Shown: positions 11,125-24,972, counted from the whole stretch's first letter. The stretch is 63,384 nt of DNA, filler included, from Atractiella rhizophila (GCA_021432655.1; 5 parts of 4 records of this genome joined end to end with filler, not necessarily neighbours in it); one strand, 5' to 3'. Translations and numbers: made by a program. Notes: generated by a model not told the origin, from the sequence alone.

Positions 11125-14039
11125 TTATGAACTTTTGTCCTCGTCCTTCTCCTTACCCTTTCCTTCTGCCTCGCCTTCCAAACTGCGTCCGTCTACGCTT
11201 GTCACTTCGATTTCGATCTCGATGTCATCTTTATCCTTATCATCGTCATCTTCCATCATCTCCTCTCTCTTGCCGCTTGCTGCATCCTTAGGCTTGTCCT
11301 CGGTCTTCGAACATAACGTATGAATACTATCGTTGCTCAGGTGACTCTGCCGAGAGTCCAGCGCTCGACTCATTCCTTCTCCCGAGTGAGAAGGGAGCAC
11401 TGAGCTCCCGCTGGGTTGGCTCTGGTGTTGTCGCACATCAGAAGGGGTTGGTGAAGGTGATCTAGTCCCTGCCGGAGTGGTAGGACGCGAACTAGAGGCA
11501 TCGTTCACGGCTTCGTCCGATGTCGACGCTTGGGCTTGTGGTCGAGACAAAGCGTGTGCATCGAGCGAATAGCGCGGTGGAAGACCACGACCGTCAGCAC
11601 GGGTAGGGATTGAAGGTTCATCCTCGTCGTCTGGATCACGCTCTGATCTCTGGCCTCTTGTCCGTCGTTCGTAGTCTTCGATCGAAAGGACATTGGGTTC
11701 GGTTGTAGGGGATGGCTGCATAGACATGGCTTGATCATTGAGAGCCGTGCTGGAAATGTCTTCCAGTGTCGGTAGGCTCGTTGCTGGTCCAGGACTGGAC
11801 GGAAGTCTCGAGTTCCTCCTGCTGTCGCCACTTGTGACGTTCCTCGAGTTCCTCGCCGGTCGATAGAACAATATCTCATGCAAGTTTTCCATCTCCTCTA
11901 TCCCTCGATCACGCAACATCGTCCTATTGTACGAAGGAAGAGCCGCGTCCCGCCTGAAATACTCCGGCAGTTCTTCCCGCTCCCTTGAAGCCCCTCCGGC
12001 CCTTGGGCTAGCGACACCATCACCATCAAACTCCCACTCCTCCTCATCAAGCAGATCATCATCCCGCTCACCGCCTCTCCGACCTCCCTCCCCAATCTCC
12101 GGACCCGTCATAGGATCTCTTCGTCTTCTCCTCCTCCGCCTCCGCCGCGACCCATCCCCACGCCCAACCTCCTGCATGTCCACATTTGTCGCCCTTGGAG
12201 CAGGAAAAACGACATCGCGACCGATGTGCCATTGCGTAAAAGGAATCCGAATTCGTCTGTTTGGGAGAAAGAATGATACACGTGTCCCTTGCCGCCTCAG
12301 ACGACGAACGTAGACCAGACGCCAGAAAACGATAATCAAGAGAACAACGACGATGATTACAACCTGTCAGAAGGCAAATGCATTAGCTTCTAGTCTTAGA
12401 TCTCGCAGGAAACATGCTCTTGAAGGTGGTAGAAGGTCACGACTTCAATTCAATGCACTCCCTTCGAGAATGCATTGTGAGAGAGAAGGAAAGCTTATCA
12501 ACTTCGAGTGAATAACGTGAAGAAAACTTCAAGGTGGTTCCACATGTAAAAGGAACAACTCCAAGCTTGATCCTCAAAGATGGCTCTCCCGGAAGAGGAA
12601 AGACGGTGCAAAGCATTCTTGCTTCTAATGAGATTGGTTCCCTGACCATGCTCAGCAACATTGGTATCCTACAGCTGATGGCGCACAGTGATTCACCTGA
12701 TAAGCAGTCTCAAGCACAGGAAACGAAGTACCCGCATAAGGAGGATATTAAATGCCGTTCCAAGCACTCTATACCAATCGGCACCGTTAGAACAACACAT
12801 CCCCGACCTCAAGAATTGGTTGCACCCTAGCTGCGAAAGCGGCGGAGCCGGGAGTTCGCTTGCTTTTTGCTTTTCGCTTTTTGCTTTTCTCCCAGAGGTA
12901 ACATAGGGTTCTATTGATAAGCTTCGATACTATAGATGAGAAGCTGGGAACAAACCATCTTGGGAAGGCTAAAGCATCCTGGCCTCGTCAGTTTGTCTCA
13001 CAAACGGCTGATATTTGTGTCAAGCACGTATTTCTGTCGTCGCAGTTTAGATTGATGCAGAAGCATCCATCCCTTTAGCGTCATTCATATGAGCTTCTCG
13101 AAACATCCACAACGCGATGACAATCCTACACTGCAACCAAAGCGCTGAAGCTTCCAAGTTAATGTCATGCAGACTGGCGAAGGGGACAATCAACATTCCC
13201 TTTTAAGGTTCCTCCAAGCATCCACGCTGTCCTAACTGCTGCTCCAACTCGAAAGGGATTATTACGACTGCGAAGTGCCAAGTTAAGAGAAATAAGATCA
13301 TATATGCGCAGTGAGATAGAGAAGCTGGTGACTAGAATCACGAAGGAATGGAGAGATGTTTCTCCATTTACTTGGTTCAAACGAAGAGAAGAGGAGATAG
13401 TGCACAGCGCCGAAACTGCAGCTTACCAGAAGAAAATAAATAAGATCAACAGAAGGCATATAGCGCGGAAGGAAACCGGAAGAAGCTATGACGGTATCGT
13501 AGATGGAGAGTAATCTTGAACATGCAAGGTCAACAGAACCTCCCGTGTCACTTTGCACTCAAGAATGACAGCAACAAACACGGGAAGATTACGACTACTG
13601 TCTCATTCCACTTCACTTCATCTCTTCTCATGTCCAACGGTTGACCAGCTCATTGATGTGGCTTCCAACATATGCGTTCCACCAGCAGGGAAGCCAGGTT
13701 TTAGGACATCATAGACCCCTTCTGCACTCTAGCTCGTGGCAAAAACCTCACGAAACCCACACACACATGGCGCTCGATCGAATCCCGCAAAGGAAGAATA
13801 GGAAAGACACTCACCGCTACCCAGTTCAACACCTTAGAGTTATCCCTCCAACCCTCACCCTGACCCTCCCCTCCAAAAGCCTGCACATCTCCATTACCTG
13901 TGCCATTCGAAATGATCGGAAAATCTCCATTCCCGCCAACTATTCCGGTGGATGTGGCAGAAGCGCCTGCAAGCGATGTCGAGGTTGAAGTGATGGAGAG
14001 AGAGTCGTCTTGGGGTAGAGGAGAGGCAGCGACAGACAT
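11125..14039 (-). CDS. Single-pass membrane protein with long disordered cytoplasmic tail (PY-like motifs); 1451-bp first intron
   Basis: Exon 1 14039-13815 (...VLNWVA|gtgagt) joins in phase to exon 2 at 12363 (cag|VVIIVVVLLIIVFWRLVYVRRLRR), completing a TM helix; LPEY, LPSY and PPRY in the tail. Confidence 0.7.
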
Positions 14040-14526
14040 CGTCGTTCGTTTCTCTTCGTCGATTCTGGATGGTTGACGAGAAAGGTTGACGAAGAGGACC
14101 TCGTGGAATGGAATGAAATTAAGCCGCTGGGAGCTTCCGCTAGAGATCAGTTCATCGATTCTGTTCCGTGCTTCCCTGAGGTGCTTTAGTAGTCTGTAGG
14201 AGGAATCCGAGAGCCCCCGAGCGTGACCTGCAGAAAAGAGAGGAATTGATGGATCTAGGTGCTGGTCGGAAGTTCAAGAAGAAGAGCACAAGTTCCGGTC
14301 CGATTGCCTCAGAGTTGTGTGGCACGAAGTCCTTCCGGTTTCTTGGGTCAGCCTCCATGACGCGTGAGTGACGCGCCAAGTCCAACGTTCATCATTGCAG
14401 CAGGATTGCACCAGCTTAAAAGCTTAAAAGGCAGCCGTTCTTTACAGTGACCACCATCACAACGTCCCATAAACGATAAAAGACTAAAGACAATTCAAGA
14501 ACTTGTACATCCAGCACGAAGAAAGA

Positions 14527-15002
14527 ATGTTTGGCCTCTCCTCCCGCCGCCGTACCACCCGCGTTGGACCTCGCCCTCACCATCATTCTCATCGACGAGG
14601 ACTCGGGGGACTATTCCATAAATCGCACAACAATCGTTCGCATGCTGAGAACCGAGCCGCAGGTTATCAGGTTCGTTCCTCTGCTATTCCATTTCATTTC
14701 GTCGTCGCAGGACACAGAAACTGATGGTGGCAATTCGAGCAGGCTGCTATCAATAATCCAAATGTTGGAAGCGCGGGAAGGAGGCATGCGAAGAGAGAGC
14801 TGAGGATGATGGTTCGTCTCTCGCCTTCTCTCTGATACTTTGGGAAATGAGGTCCTGGTTCTAACTTGGTTTGGGTGGACAGGGTCGAAAGCCGAATCAT
14901 GAGAAGCTCTCGACGAGATTTAGGAGGTTGTTTCATCTGGGAGGGAGGAGGGAGAATAGAAGGTACCACACTACGACCACGACCAGGGCGAGGAGGTATT
15001 AA
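14527..15002 (+). CDS. Small basic Con-6 (conidiation protein 6)-like protein, 3 exons
   Basis: Spliced product contains NRAAGYQ|AAINNPNVGSAGRRHAKREL; TAA at 15000-15002. Confidence 0.65.
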
Positions 15003-15816
15003 TCATTGTCGGTTTTCGGTATAAGGGAAGGGGGAATGTGTGAATAACAATTTGTGAATAGCTTCTTTGTTTCTTGCCCATCGTGGCATACGTTTTTTGC
15101 TGGCTTTTTTTGGGGTTGGCTGTTGTATAACACATAATATATCCTATACATGCAAGATTTTGTACAATACCGCCAAAGCTGCAGCGAGAACGAACAGCAC
15201 AGAATTGGGAAACGTGAGACTGGCCAGGGGTGGTTAGGACCAGGATTCAAGACTCAATATTCCGCCGCATAGGTATCTGACTCTCCGGATTGAAAAATGC
15301 TTTGACAGGAACCTCTGGCAGATTGATACACAATAAAACAGTTCGTCGATACTGTATTGCCATCATGATATCAGCCATTCAGCGGATGAGTACAACAACA
15401 TGCCATGGTTGGAGATCAAAGAATATGAATCACGCCTGGAACTCGCCAGCCACCTTGGGATCTCAAATTACAAGGCTCAACGGACTCCTGCCATTATTAA
15501 AAATGGTTTAAGGAAAGGGCAACATGCCAAGACAGTCGCCTCACGTGACAGATCTATCCGGATCTGAGCGGTTCCCTTGTTTGTTTGCCTTGTCGTATCC
15601 TGTAAAGTATTTTATTCAAAGCGGCCACAATAACTTGGATAACGTGATGAGCAGAATCCACGGCTAGGCGAGTCATAAGCCCTTGAAGTGCCTCATTTCG
15701 GAAAGATGGAAGCAAGAGTTGTTGGTCCCCGAAAGCGTCAACAGAATATAAAGGCGTAGGATCTCTACCTGTCTAATCCACAGAAGACATTCACTGAACT
15801 GGAACACTGACTGAAG

Positions 15817-16506
15817 ATGGCGAGTGGCATTTTAGGTGAATATGCTGTCAACCCTACGAACTCATACATTTCCTATCCCTCGTCTACGAACTCATACAAT
15901 TCTTATCCCTCGTCAACCTTTGCAAGTTGTATGGACCTCTTTAAATGACTCGCAGCCATTTGACTTGCTTGAAGCTTACAGGAGCTACCATTACTATAAG
16001 GAGGTAAATAGCACGAAGGTTGCTGCCCTAACAGCAGCCTTTGCGGTGCTCTACATCTCTGTCTTGGTTTGCTTTCATCGCCTGCTCGGAGGAGAAACTG
16101 ATGCCCTTGATTTGTAAGGCCGGAATTGTCTTTGCTCTGGGACGATGCATCAAAAGACGGCGAGCTAAACAAGGAATCGCTGTGCAGAAGCAATCGGCCT
16201 TCCCCAACGTCGGACAGTTTCTGAGAGACGTGAAGGAAGCTTGGAAGAGGTCTCTGTCCTCTCGTCAGGCCATAGCACTCCCCACTTCTCCAGTCGCTGG
16301 GACATCGGGTCTGTTCCCGTGAGCCTCTCTGCTGTACTTTGTAATTTCGAACTTGACTGAAATTTCACAGGGACAAAGAGGCGATGGGAGTTGAGAGCTC
16401 TGAACACATGGTGCAATATGGAGAAGATGTTGTACGGTAAGTCAAGTTCTTCATGAAGCAGAATGGTACTGATCTATAGCACAGCGAGGAACACAAGATT
16501 GTTTAA
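15817..16506 (+). CDS. Small multi-exon single-pass membrane protein, unknown function
   Basis: TATAAA near 15747; spliced TM segment VAALTAAFAVLYISVL|AGIVFALG followed by basic RCIKRRR; canonical short introns. Confidence 0.5.
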
Positions 16507-17100
16507 TAGCGTCCGAAATAGCAACCTGAACACAGGTGTTCTGGATCCCTTCAAATTTCCTACTGAAACAAGATTGTCAAATCCATTTTTTTGTCTTCGC
16601 GCATCAATGTATTACTATACGGACTCAACAAATGATATCTAGAAGTATTTTGCAATGATAAGGCAAGTCTGTTGCCATACTGCTTGACAAACACTTGCGA
16701 GCAGCTCGTTTACAACATTGGGCGGCATATGTCAGATTGTTTTGAACACGCCAAATCGTGATAAACGGGCTGCACTGGCCATACATCTTGTTACTTCATA
16801 TGGTACAGCTCCCGTAGAAGATGTGATCACAATTCTGTTTAGATACGCTCTTGCTCTTTATTCCGCCTCTACCGTCGATCTGTTCGTAGGAGCAACTCAC
16901 CTTACCGACCTTAACCCACTGTCCAAATGATTATCTGCCCTATGCCTCTCTCACCATCATTGGTGTGTCATCATTGAACTTAGTTTGGCCACACTACCCG
17001 GTTAGTCACAAATGCAGCTACCATCTGCTTGACAATTGGCTTGGACACCACACCAGTCAGCTTGTGTTAATATAGGGGTTAATACGCATAAATACATTCT

Positions 17101-20100
17101 ATGCCTCCCAAACCTCCTCCTTTACCTCTCCCTTCCCAGCTCCCCACACTCCTCTCCGGCAGCGAAGACCTCCTCGAATTGGGACCGATTATTAAGAGGA
17201 TACATGTCACGAAACAGCATGATGCTTTCTTGAGGGGCTTGGAGAAGGAAGTGGTGGAGAGGGAGGGGGAGATTGAAGGAGTATGCAGGGAGAATTATCA
17301 AGTTAGTGCTCTCTTATCCTTAGAAGGGTTATGGACTTGTGGTGTGTGGGACGATTTGGCTCTTTTACTGTGAGCAGGGGACATTGGTGAAGGAGACAAG
17401 TACTCCTGTTGTAGATCGGGAGACCGATGAATTCAAGAAACAAATCATTCCTCTACTTGTTGCATTGTCGTTGTCCACTTCGAGAAGGAATGGCACAAAG
17501 TGTCACCAAACACACCCGCAGGACTGCTGAACCTGAGTAGCCATCGCAAATAGAAAGGTGGCGCAGATGAGTCGGCACTCTGGAGGTGCAGTCTTCTTTT
17601 CATGAATCCAGGAAGACTGCTCATGCCTAGGGATTCATGACACGATTTCATTAGCACATATTATTGGAAGGCAGAGAAATTTACTATGATGTAGAAAAGG
17701 CGTTGTCATTCTGCCAAAATAACATGAAACTCTGGGGTGAGGCGAGCAGAAGCTATGAATCTTGTGGCTGGAATATAATCTACATATGACTTCTGCGCTT
17801 TCAGCTCGAAAACTGGGCAATCAACCTGTTCCTGCACTCTAGTGCGCACACATGCTTCCCCCCCTTCTATATAGGCGGTGGCCGACCAGAATGGTGACGA
17901 TCTGTCAGGTCGAATATGCCGGAGCGTTTCCTGTTTGAAGACAGCATATTTTTTTTGGTCTAGAATCCAAGCGTTCTCACTGTCATCAATGCTACTTCCT
18001 TTGCACTTCTTTGAACTGCCAAACCGATCCTGTGAACACGGGCTCATTCCACGCGATTGACTCTTTGTAAGCTACTTGAATATAATTCGTTGTCCAATGC
18101 GGAAATCATATCCTGTACCTCCAATCAATCAACGTTGACATCTACGCTTCTTAGGAATTCATCTCCTCAGTTGAGAAACTCCTCAAAGTACGACAAGGAA
18201 CGGTTAATTTGAAAGTTAGAGCGATGTCTCTGAATGAAGATATTCAAAAATCTGGAGCAGTTCTTGCGGCCAAGGTTAGTGCGGTTTCATCCATACCTTG
18301 CGACCTTCCTAATATTCGCGGAAGCGAAAAGAGTTGTTAGATGCGAAGAAAGTCGCCCAGAACTTAGACGAAACGATAGAGACATTGCAAGCCTGCCTAC
18401 GCGTTCTGGACCTGAACAACAAGGTCACCAAGCTGATAGAAGATCGTCAGTATTTTGCAGCTCTAAAGGTAGTCACTTCGGTCGTCGATTCCTTAGCCTC
18501 CTGACAATCTGTCACAGGCTCTGGATTCACTTGCTCTCACCTCACAGATCCCCATACTTCCAGCTCACTTCTTAACCCAAATCCTCTCGACTCTTCCCGC
18601 CTCAAAGAACCTAATCAAGACAAGTGTGCTGAAGGAAATGAAGACATGGCTCTTCGACATCCGAGAGATAGAGGCGGAAGTTGGAAAGAAGAGCTTTGAG
18701 GGTATGGATCTACGGATCAGGAGGTGGAAGGTGCGCTTGGCGAAAGATATCGAGAAGGGAGGGGCTGGACAATCGGCTGGAAAAGGTCCAGGTGTGGGTA
18801 GCAGTCTCGAGTTGACGGTCAGCGAACGACATGAGTGTATGCTGTTTTGTTCGTCCATGAGCAATGTCAGGCGACTGAAAAATGGTGCAGATGATGTCAT
18901 CGATAACGCTCAGGTGAAAGTTGATTTCAAACCACTGTTGCAGTGCATTCACATCTACGACTCTATGGACTCAGTCGAAGAATTACAGCTCAATTATCAG
19001 AGCGATCGGAGGGCGAGTATCCTCGACCATCGCCGAGTTACATGCTCATTATGTGATCTTGCTAGGCTCAATCTGCCCTTATCCTTTCCCAATCAACAAC
19101 CTTCTCCCTCGCTTCACTTACACAACTCCTCTCTCAGATTATTGGTTTCTTCGTCATCGAGTCACATGTGATCCGAGAGACGAGTTATCCCATACCATTC
19201 CGCTCAGAGACGGAAGTGGAAGACTTGTGGGAAGGAATGCTGGAGAAGACCGTCGAGTTTGTCAAGCAGGGGCTGAATACGTGCGAAGATTTAGAAATCT
19301 ATCTCGGCGTAAAGAAGAAGGTTGAAGGATTTGTCATGATACTTGAGGTGATTCTCATTTATTTCTATTGCCAGACTCTTTGATGATATAATGTGGGAAG
19401 GGTCTGGGATACTCAGTGGCTCAACTCAACAGTCTTTTGTATACCTTGTTTGAGAGGTATGCTGCCCTCCTCCATCGGTACTTCCGATCCACCTTCCAGA
19501 AGGTTTGTTGCTCCTCTCGTGTCATCTAATTGTTCCATTGAGAGGACTTCTAGATTGTTGCATCGGACGATTATCAACCGCTCGAAGTGGAAGGAGCAGA
19601 AGATTTTGAGATTGTATTGAAAACGTGCTGGTTCCCCCGTGGTGGAGAATGGAGTATCGAAGATCTTCGAGAGTGAGTTGCACACATTGACTTGCTCCTC
19701 GTATATGACTGAACTATCTCCAGAATGGCAACCAGCAAGCAAAGATATCGCTTCCCGTTCTCAAAAACATACTACGACAGTTGTCAACAGATTCGACGCT
19801 TCGTGGACGAGTATTACCGTTTCGCAGAGGGAATTAATGTGCATGATCGGGACATCGACGAGGTGCTACGGAAGGTGATAATTCTTCAATCCATGGGAAG
19901 AGGTTGAGCTAACTAATTTTCAGGCTATCGACCTCTTGCTTATCGAACAAGTTTCGAATGAAATCAACAAGCGGGCTTCGCTCGCAGCTAACAAGCTCTC
20001 CGTCAGCCAGCTGGCTCAGATTATCATCAATGTTTTGTTCTTCGAAGTAGCTTGTGAAGAGCTCGAAGGAGTTTTAGTTACGCTGAAGTGCTGCTTCCTT

Positions 20101-21063
20101 CTACATCCTGTCACTTGTTCTTACCAATCGGCGGCTTACAGATCTACCCAACGAGGCAGTACGACGCTCCAATCTCTAACTTCGTTCAACATCACCCTCG
20201 ATCACGCCAAGCAGTTAATCCTTCAATCGATCTGTCAAAAACTCGACAACCTTGACTTCCCACAATACGATTGGGTGTCCTGGGTTGCACCATCCGAGGC
20301 AGAGGGAGAGGCAACGCCTTCGGAGGAGATGAATGGAATGATTGCTTACCTCAAAACAGTCATGGATTCCAACTTTGATATCCTTGGAGAACAAGGAGGC
20401 GTGAAGGAAGGAGTATGGAGGGGTGCAATTCAGCATGTTGCGGAAGGACTAATGGCACGCTTATCTTCTCATGTAAGCGGGCAGACGAGCTGATAAAAGT
20501 TGGGAATAGTCGTATCTCTCAGAAAGAGAACCGCTAAAGATGTCTCACTACGGCTTAGGATGGCTAGCAGTCGATGTCCGATATCTCGTTTCGCAAGCAA
20601 CAGAGCTAGGGTTTGAAGGCGAGAATACAGGTTTCGTGTTGGAAGAGCTTTCTCAGGTGAGAGTCTGCCCCTATTGTAAAGCCATCTAGCAGGTGTCTGA
20701 TATGATATTGAATGAATAGACAGTAGATGTCCTTCTCTCGCCAAACATGCTCGAGTTCCTTACTCCCGAATTCAAATCATCTTTCTGGCCAGCAGTTAAT
20801 CCCAAAGTTGTACAAAGTGTACTGATCAAGGTTCGTCCTTTCTCCTCCAGCTCCTGTGGCGAAATAGAATTTTAATCGGAGGATATTGTGACAGCTGATA
20901 ACGTGGCAAAATTCCGTGTCAGCGAGTGTATTAGAGGCTGGAGGAGGGGGCAAAGGAAGGAAGAAATTGACGGTATGTCTCCTCGCTCCTTCCTGTGTCC
21001 TGTCTCTAAAATATGGGCTATGTGAAGGAGGACCTATTGAAAGGTGTTGCTGTTCTACGATAG
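17101..21063 (+). CDS. SEC15: Exocyst complex component Sec15/EXOC6
   Basis: LGPIIKRIH...EIEGVCRENYQ|EFISSVEKLLKVRQGT, MKTWLFDIRE, VDFKPLLQCIHIY, FPFSKTY, QLAQIIINVLFFEVACEELE; many introns; 3' end approximate. Confidence 0.92.
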
Positions 21064-21398
21064 CCGAACGTAGCAGAAGGTATGTGCCTTAGAAATCCAT
21101 GTCGAATGTTGCTAACTCATTGGTCCTTGGGTTGCAGGATGGGAGGGCTGGTCCCACGAAAGAGCATCCAGTTCTTGTTCGGAGATCGCTGATTTCTCCC
21201 ATGGAAAAGATGGGACGCATTCATGCGCAACCTAACCATAGTGCAGTCCAGTGGTATTTTGTAATTTGTAAAAGTTCATTGGTTGTGTTTTGCTTCCTGA
21301 GCTGTCACGTGTGCACACGAAAAGCGCGTCAAATCTTGAAATCCAGCAGAGAAGCTGCCACTTCCCTAACCTCTGTCTTGAGCTCCCTCTTCATCGCC

Positions 21399-22579
21399 AT
21401 GTCTTCCCTCCAGTCACACCTCCTCCGGTCTCTTCGCGCGTCGCACCCGTCCCAACTCCCCCAGACATACTTTTATCCCTCACCACTTCGCACCCCCTAC
21501 CTCTCCCTCCAGCTTTTCAGGCAAGAATTGGCGGATATACCGGTTAAGGTCAAGAGTGGACATACTACTATGGGAAGGCTGAGGTACGAGTGGTGGAGAG
21601 GTGCAGTAGGCGAGGTTTGGGAGGTACGTTTTCGTTTGGAAAAGAAAGCGTCTTGTGGTTTGTGCTGTGCAGTGAAAGAGTGCCTGTTATGAAGGAGTGT
21701 CCTTTGATTGAGAGCCCTTGTCAGGCCGTTGGGAGAAACTATTCTGCTTTACCATGACGGGATGAGGAAGGAATTGTCCCTAAGGCAGTCCACCAGACGT
21801 CATGTTGTTGAGGCTCTTTTCATACGTGCTAGCCTTGAAACTGTTACTCTTAGGCAAGTAACATTCAGCAATGAGTAATATTGCATTTCATTTCTAGAAG
21901 GCACGCTGCTCTGCCCTCGTGGCACAAGATGGGATATGAACTGACAGGCATGGATCAAGGAAGGGACGAACGCCTAAGCATCCGGTAGCACTAGGACTTG
22001 CAGAAGCCCGTCGAATAGCGCCTGGATTAGACCGCACAAAGCTCATCGAAATGGTAGACGGCTTCGTATGTCCTTCCCTCTAACACGTGCACTCCACAAC
22101 TCTAATTGTGTCCAACTGTAACGAAGGAGGAGCACTTCCTCGCTGGACCAACTCACCAGTCTCTCTCCGCTTTTTCCCGCTTCTCAAACCGCACCATGCT
22201 TCCGCTACTGCATCTTCTCCACTCCCTCTTCTCCCCGTCACCTCATCCCTCACTGCAACATCTTCACCTCCCCATCTCCCTTTCACTACGCCCACCAATA
22301 TCGACGATTTCTTCCCCGACGCTCCTCTACGACTTAGCGTGGGAGGAGCTTACAAAAGCTCAGGACTTGTTGCAAAAAAGTCCCAAATTGAAAGAAGAAT
22401 GGGTAGTCTGGGCGTCAGCAGTACCGGCAGTGGAATACTGGAAGAGAGTGAAGCTAGAAAAGAAGGATGTGAAGGAGAGGAATTGGGCGTGGGAAGTAGG
22501 AAAGGCTTGGTCAAGGGAACGATGGGGAATCAGAGGAGGTGTTTTAGGTATAAAACTGATCCCATCTCAGAAGCAGTAA
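21399..22579 (+). CDS. NDUFAF6: Divergent NDUFAF6-like (squalene/phytoene synthase fold) complex I assembly factor
   Basis: Exons 21399-21623, 21964-22065, 22127-22579: FRQELADI...MGRLRYEWWRGAV|GRTPKHPVALGL...AVPAVEYWKRV. Confidence 0.6.
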
Positions 22580-23217
22580 CAGCGCTATTACATAGGAAAT
22601 CGCTGAATATATCACCCTGCTTTTTGACAGTCAACAGAAATATTATACCGTCAGTCAAATGAGGTCTTCAGACTCATTTTCTGCATTCGCGCCATGTTTT
22701 TGTTTCTTATCCTCCTCCTTCACGTGATTGAAAGCATCATGCTCATGCTCTTCTCGCTATCGTCGAGTTCAAGAGTCCAGTCAGATCCGCAATCACAAGT
22801 GCCTTCTCAAGCCGTCTACGGATTTTATCATTTTCGAGCTCATGCGCCTCATTGTCTCCGCCTAGGTCGGATGCTTCAGTCCTCAACTTAAGGTCGGCCT
22901 TCTTGAGCTCATCAGAATGATCGGAGCTTCTGAACAAGTCGGCACACCTCGTTCATCTTGGTGCTGGTCGTCTTGATCGATAAGTGCTCATGCAGGGTTC
23001 ATTGCAGGTTCATGGTTATCATGACAGTATTCCCATCCTTAGCTGGCTAATGCAAAATGATATTGTCATCGACCAAGCTGCTTCAGCACTTTGCTCCTTA
23101 TAATGTAGAATAAAAATGGGAACTTTAACACCACATAGTTCGCTGAGGATATTGACGCACTGCTAGAGGTCTGTGGGGGATTGGGAACAATTGTAACCTC
23201 ATTTGTTCAGTAAAGCT

Positions 23218-24972
23218 TCAGCTTCTGTTTTTTGGTCCCTTCTTTGGTTTTGGGAATTGAATGGGCGCCTGCAAGGTCGCCACTCTCCCTTCTGACAGTT
23301 TCTCGACCTTGCATCCAATCGACTTGAAAATTTCCTTCAACACACACTAGTCAGCGAGTAGGAACGGAAAGGAAAGAGCATAGCATACAACGAGGTCCTT
23401 CTCTGGCATCTGCAAGTCCGTGGCAAGCTGGGCCACCGGCGACCTGAATTCAGATATGTGGAGGGAGATGGCAGCAATGTAGGCAAGGAGCTTTTGTTTG
23501 GCGTGAGGAGTGCGTCTTCGTCTGTGTAGACCAGTCATCAATTTGTCGCAGGGTAAGAGGAGGCAAGTGGACTTACTCTGTTGTCCCAGTCGGAAGCTCG
23601 CTAAAGGTTTCCAAAAGGTCGGTCTTGATGGTTTCTGGTACTGAGCCTAGCATGGGAGGGAACGAGTAGTCTTCGGGTATCTTCGTGTGTGGAAATTTCT
23701 GGTTCACAAAGAACAAAATGGAGAGATAGAGTACGGCCCTTGTCCTCCTCTTGCTGTCATTTGTTTCCGTCGCCTTCCAGAGCTCGAAAGCCTTCTCAAA
23801 CTGATTCGAAAGGTATGTGGAGTGCTTGGCGTAAAGAAACCTCCTCGCTGCCTCCTTGCCGTCTCCTTCGAACAGTCCGATCGCCTCCATTCCCAGGTCC
23901 TTAGCATGAGGCATGAGCACGTCAAGGCGATAGATCTTCTCTTTCTGCTTTGTCTCCATATCTACCGGAGGGATAGGTTTTCCTGCCACTTCCACATCTT
24001 GTAGTTCCTCCATAGACAAGAGTGTCTTTGCTCCTTCCTGAATTTGCTTTCTCACGACCCCTCCCAATGTCTTGTCCCCTCCCAGTCCCTCTTTCTTTAA
24101 CACATTCCTCTCCCTCGCAGCCAAGGACCTCAACGACTTGCGGCTGCCAAACGCGGCTGTGAGATCGGCTCTTGCTTGGGCGTACGGAAGAGAAGCAGAT
24201 GCGCCAGGAATAGGCGGAGGAGGCAGCTCGGGGCGAATAGCGTGGAGAGGTGCAGGAGGAAGAATACTGAGAATCCGCTTTTTACGAGAGTAGGCGCAGA
24301 GAACATAAGCTCCATCGTCAGAACTGGCAGATGAAGAATTAAACCATAATCCCCCAGTCGAGGCGTGGAGTTCTGACGACTCTTTGGAAACGTTGTTGTA
24401 GAGTTCGAAAGAAAGTGAACGGGGAGGTAGTGTGCTGGGTATCGTAGCTAAAACGTGAATTGTTAATGAATAGAGCTGGGATATATTCTCTAGCAACATG
24501 GTCCCGCCGTGGAACATCGTAAACGCAGGTATACCGCCCAGCAGGTGCAAACTTTCAGCTGTATAAAGCAACGCCTCAGACCTCATGGATGAGGTAGATA
24601 ACGCGTGACAGAAAGCCAGAGGCAGTAAAACATTCCAAAGAGAAATATACAGATGAACCTCTCCGTATATGGGAAAGGTTGTGGCAAGCAAGTAGTCACC
24701 AGAAGCCCAGAGGCTGGACGTTTTCAGTCAGCATCACCAGAGCTCGCTCCTGAGGAGATCGAGATTACAACAGCGGTCAAAAGGATAAATTCCATCATTC
24801 ATTGATGCCAGTCAAAGAAGAAAACAGTCCCTCGATCCCATAGTACAGTCAAAGAGGCAAAACACGAAAGCTCACCTAATAAAGGACACAAACTATCCTT
24901 TTCTGGGAAGGACAGCAGCTCAGTACGCGCAGTTTCAGTTACCGCCGTGGAAGATCGTTTGCGTTTTGACAT
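23218..24972 (-). CDS. RPA49: RNA polymerase I subunit A49 (PAF53)
   Basis: ARADLTAAFGSRKSLRSLAARERN, IPPVD...IYRLDVLMP, KLLAYIAAISLHI, LATDLQM, FKSIGCK...VATLQAPIQFP; first intron 24875-24448. Confidence 0.85.

Noticed and set aside
15854..15913. 30-bp tandem duplication
   Set aside because: Two copies in a predicted intron; ordinary slippage with no sign of function
23573..24691. Hydrophobic N-terminal extension on RPA49 suggested by the 372-aa ORF
   Set aside because: The part above 24447 is intron read-through; exon 1 is at 24972-24876
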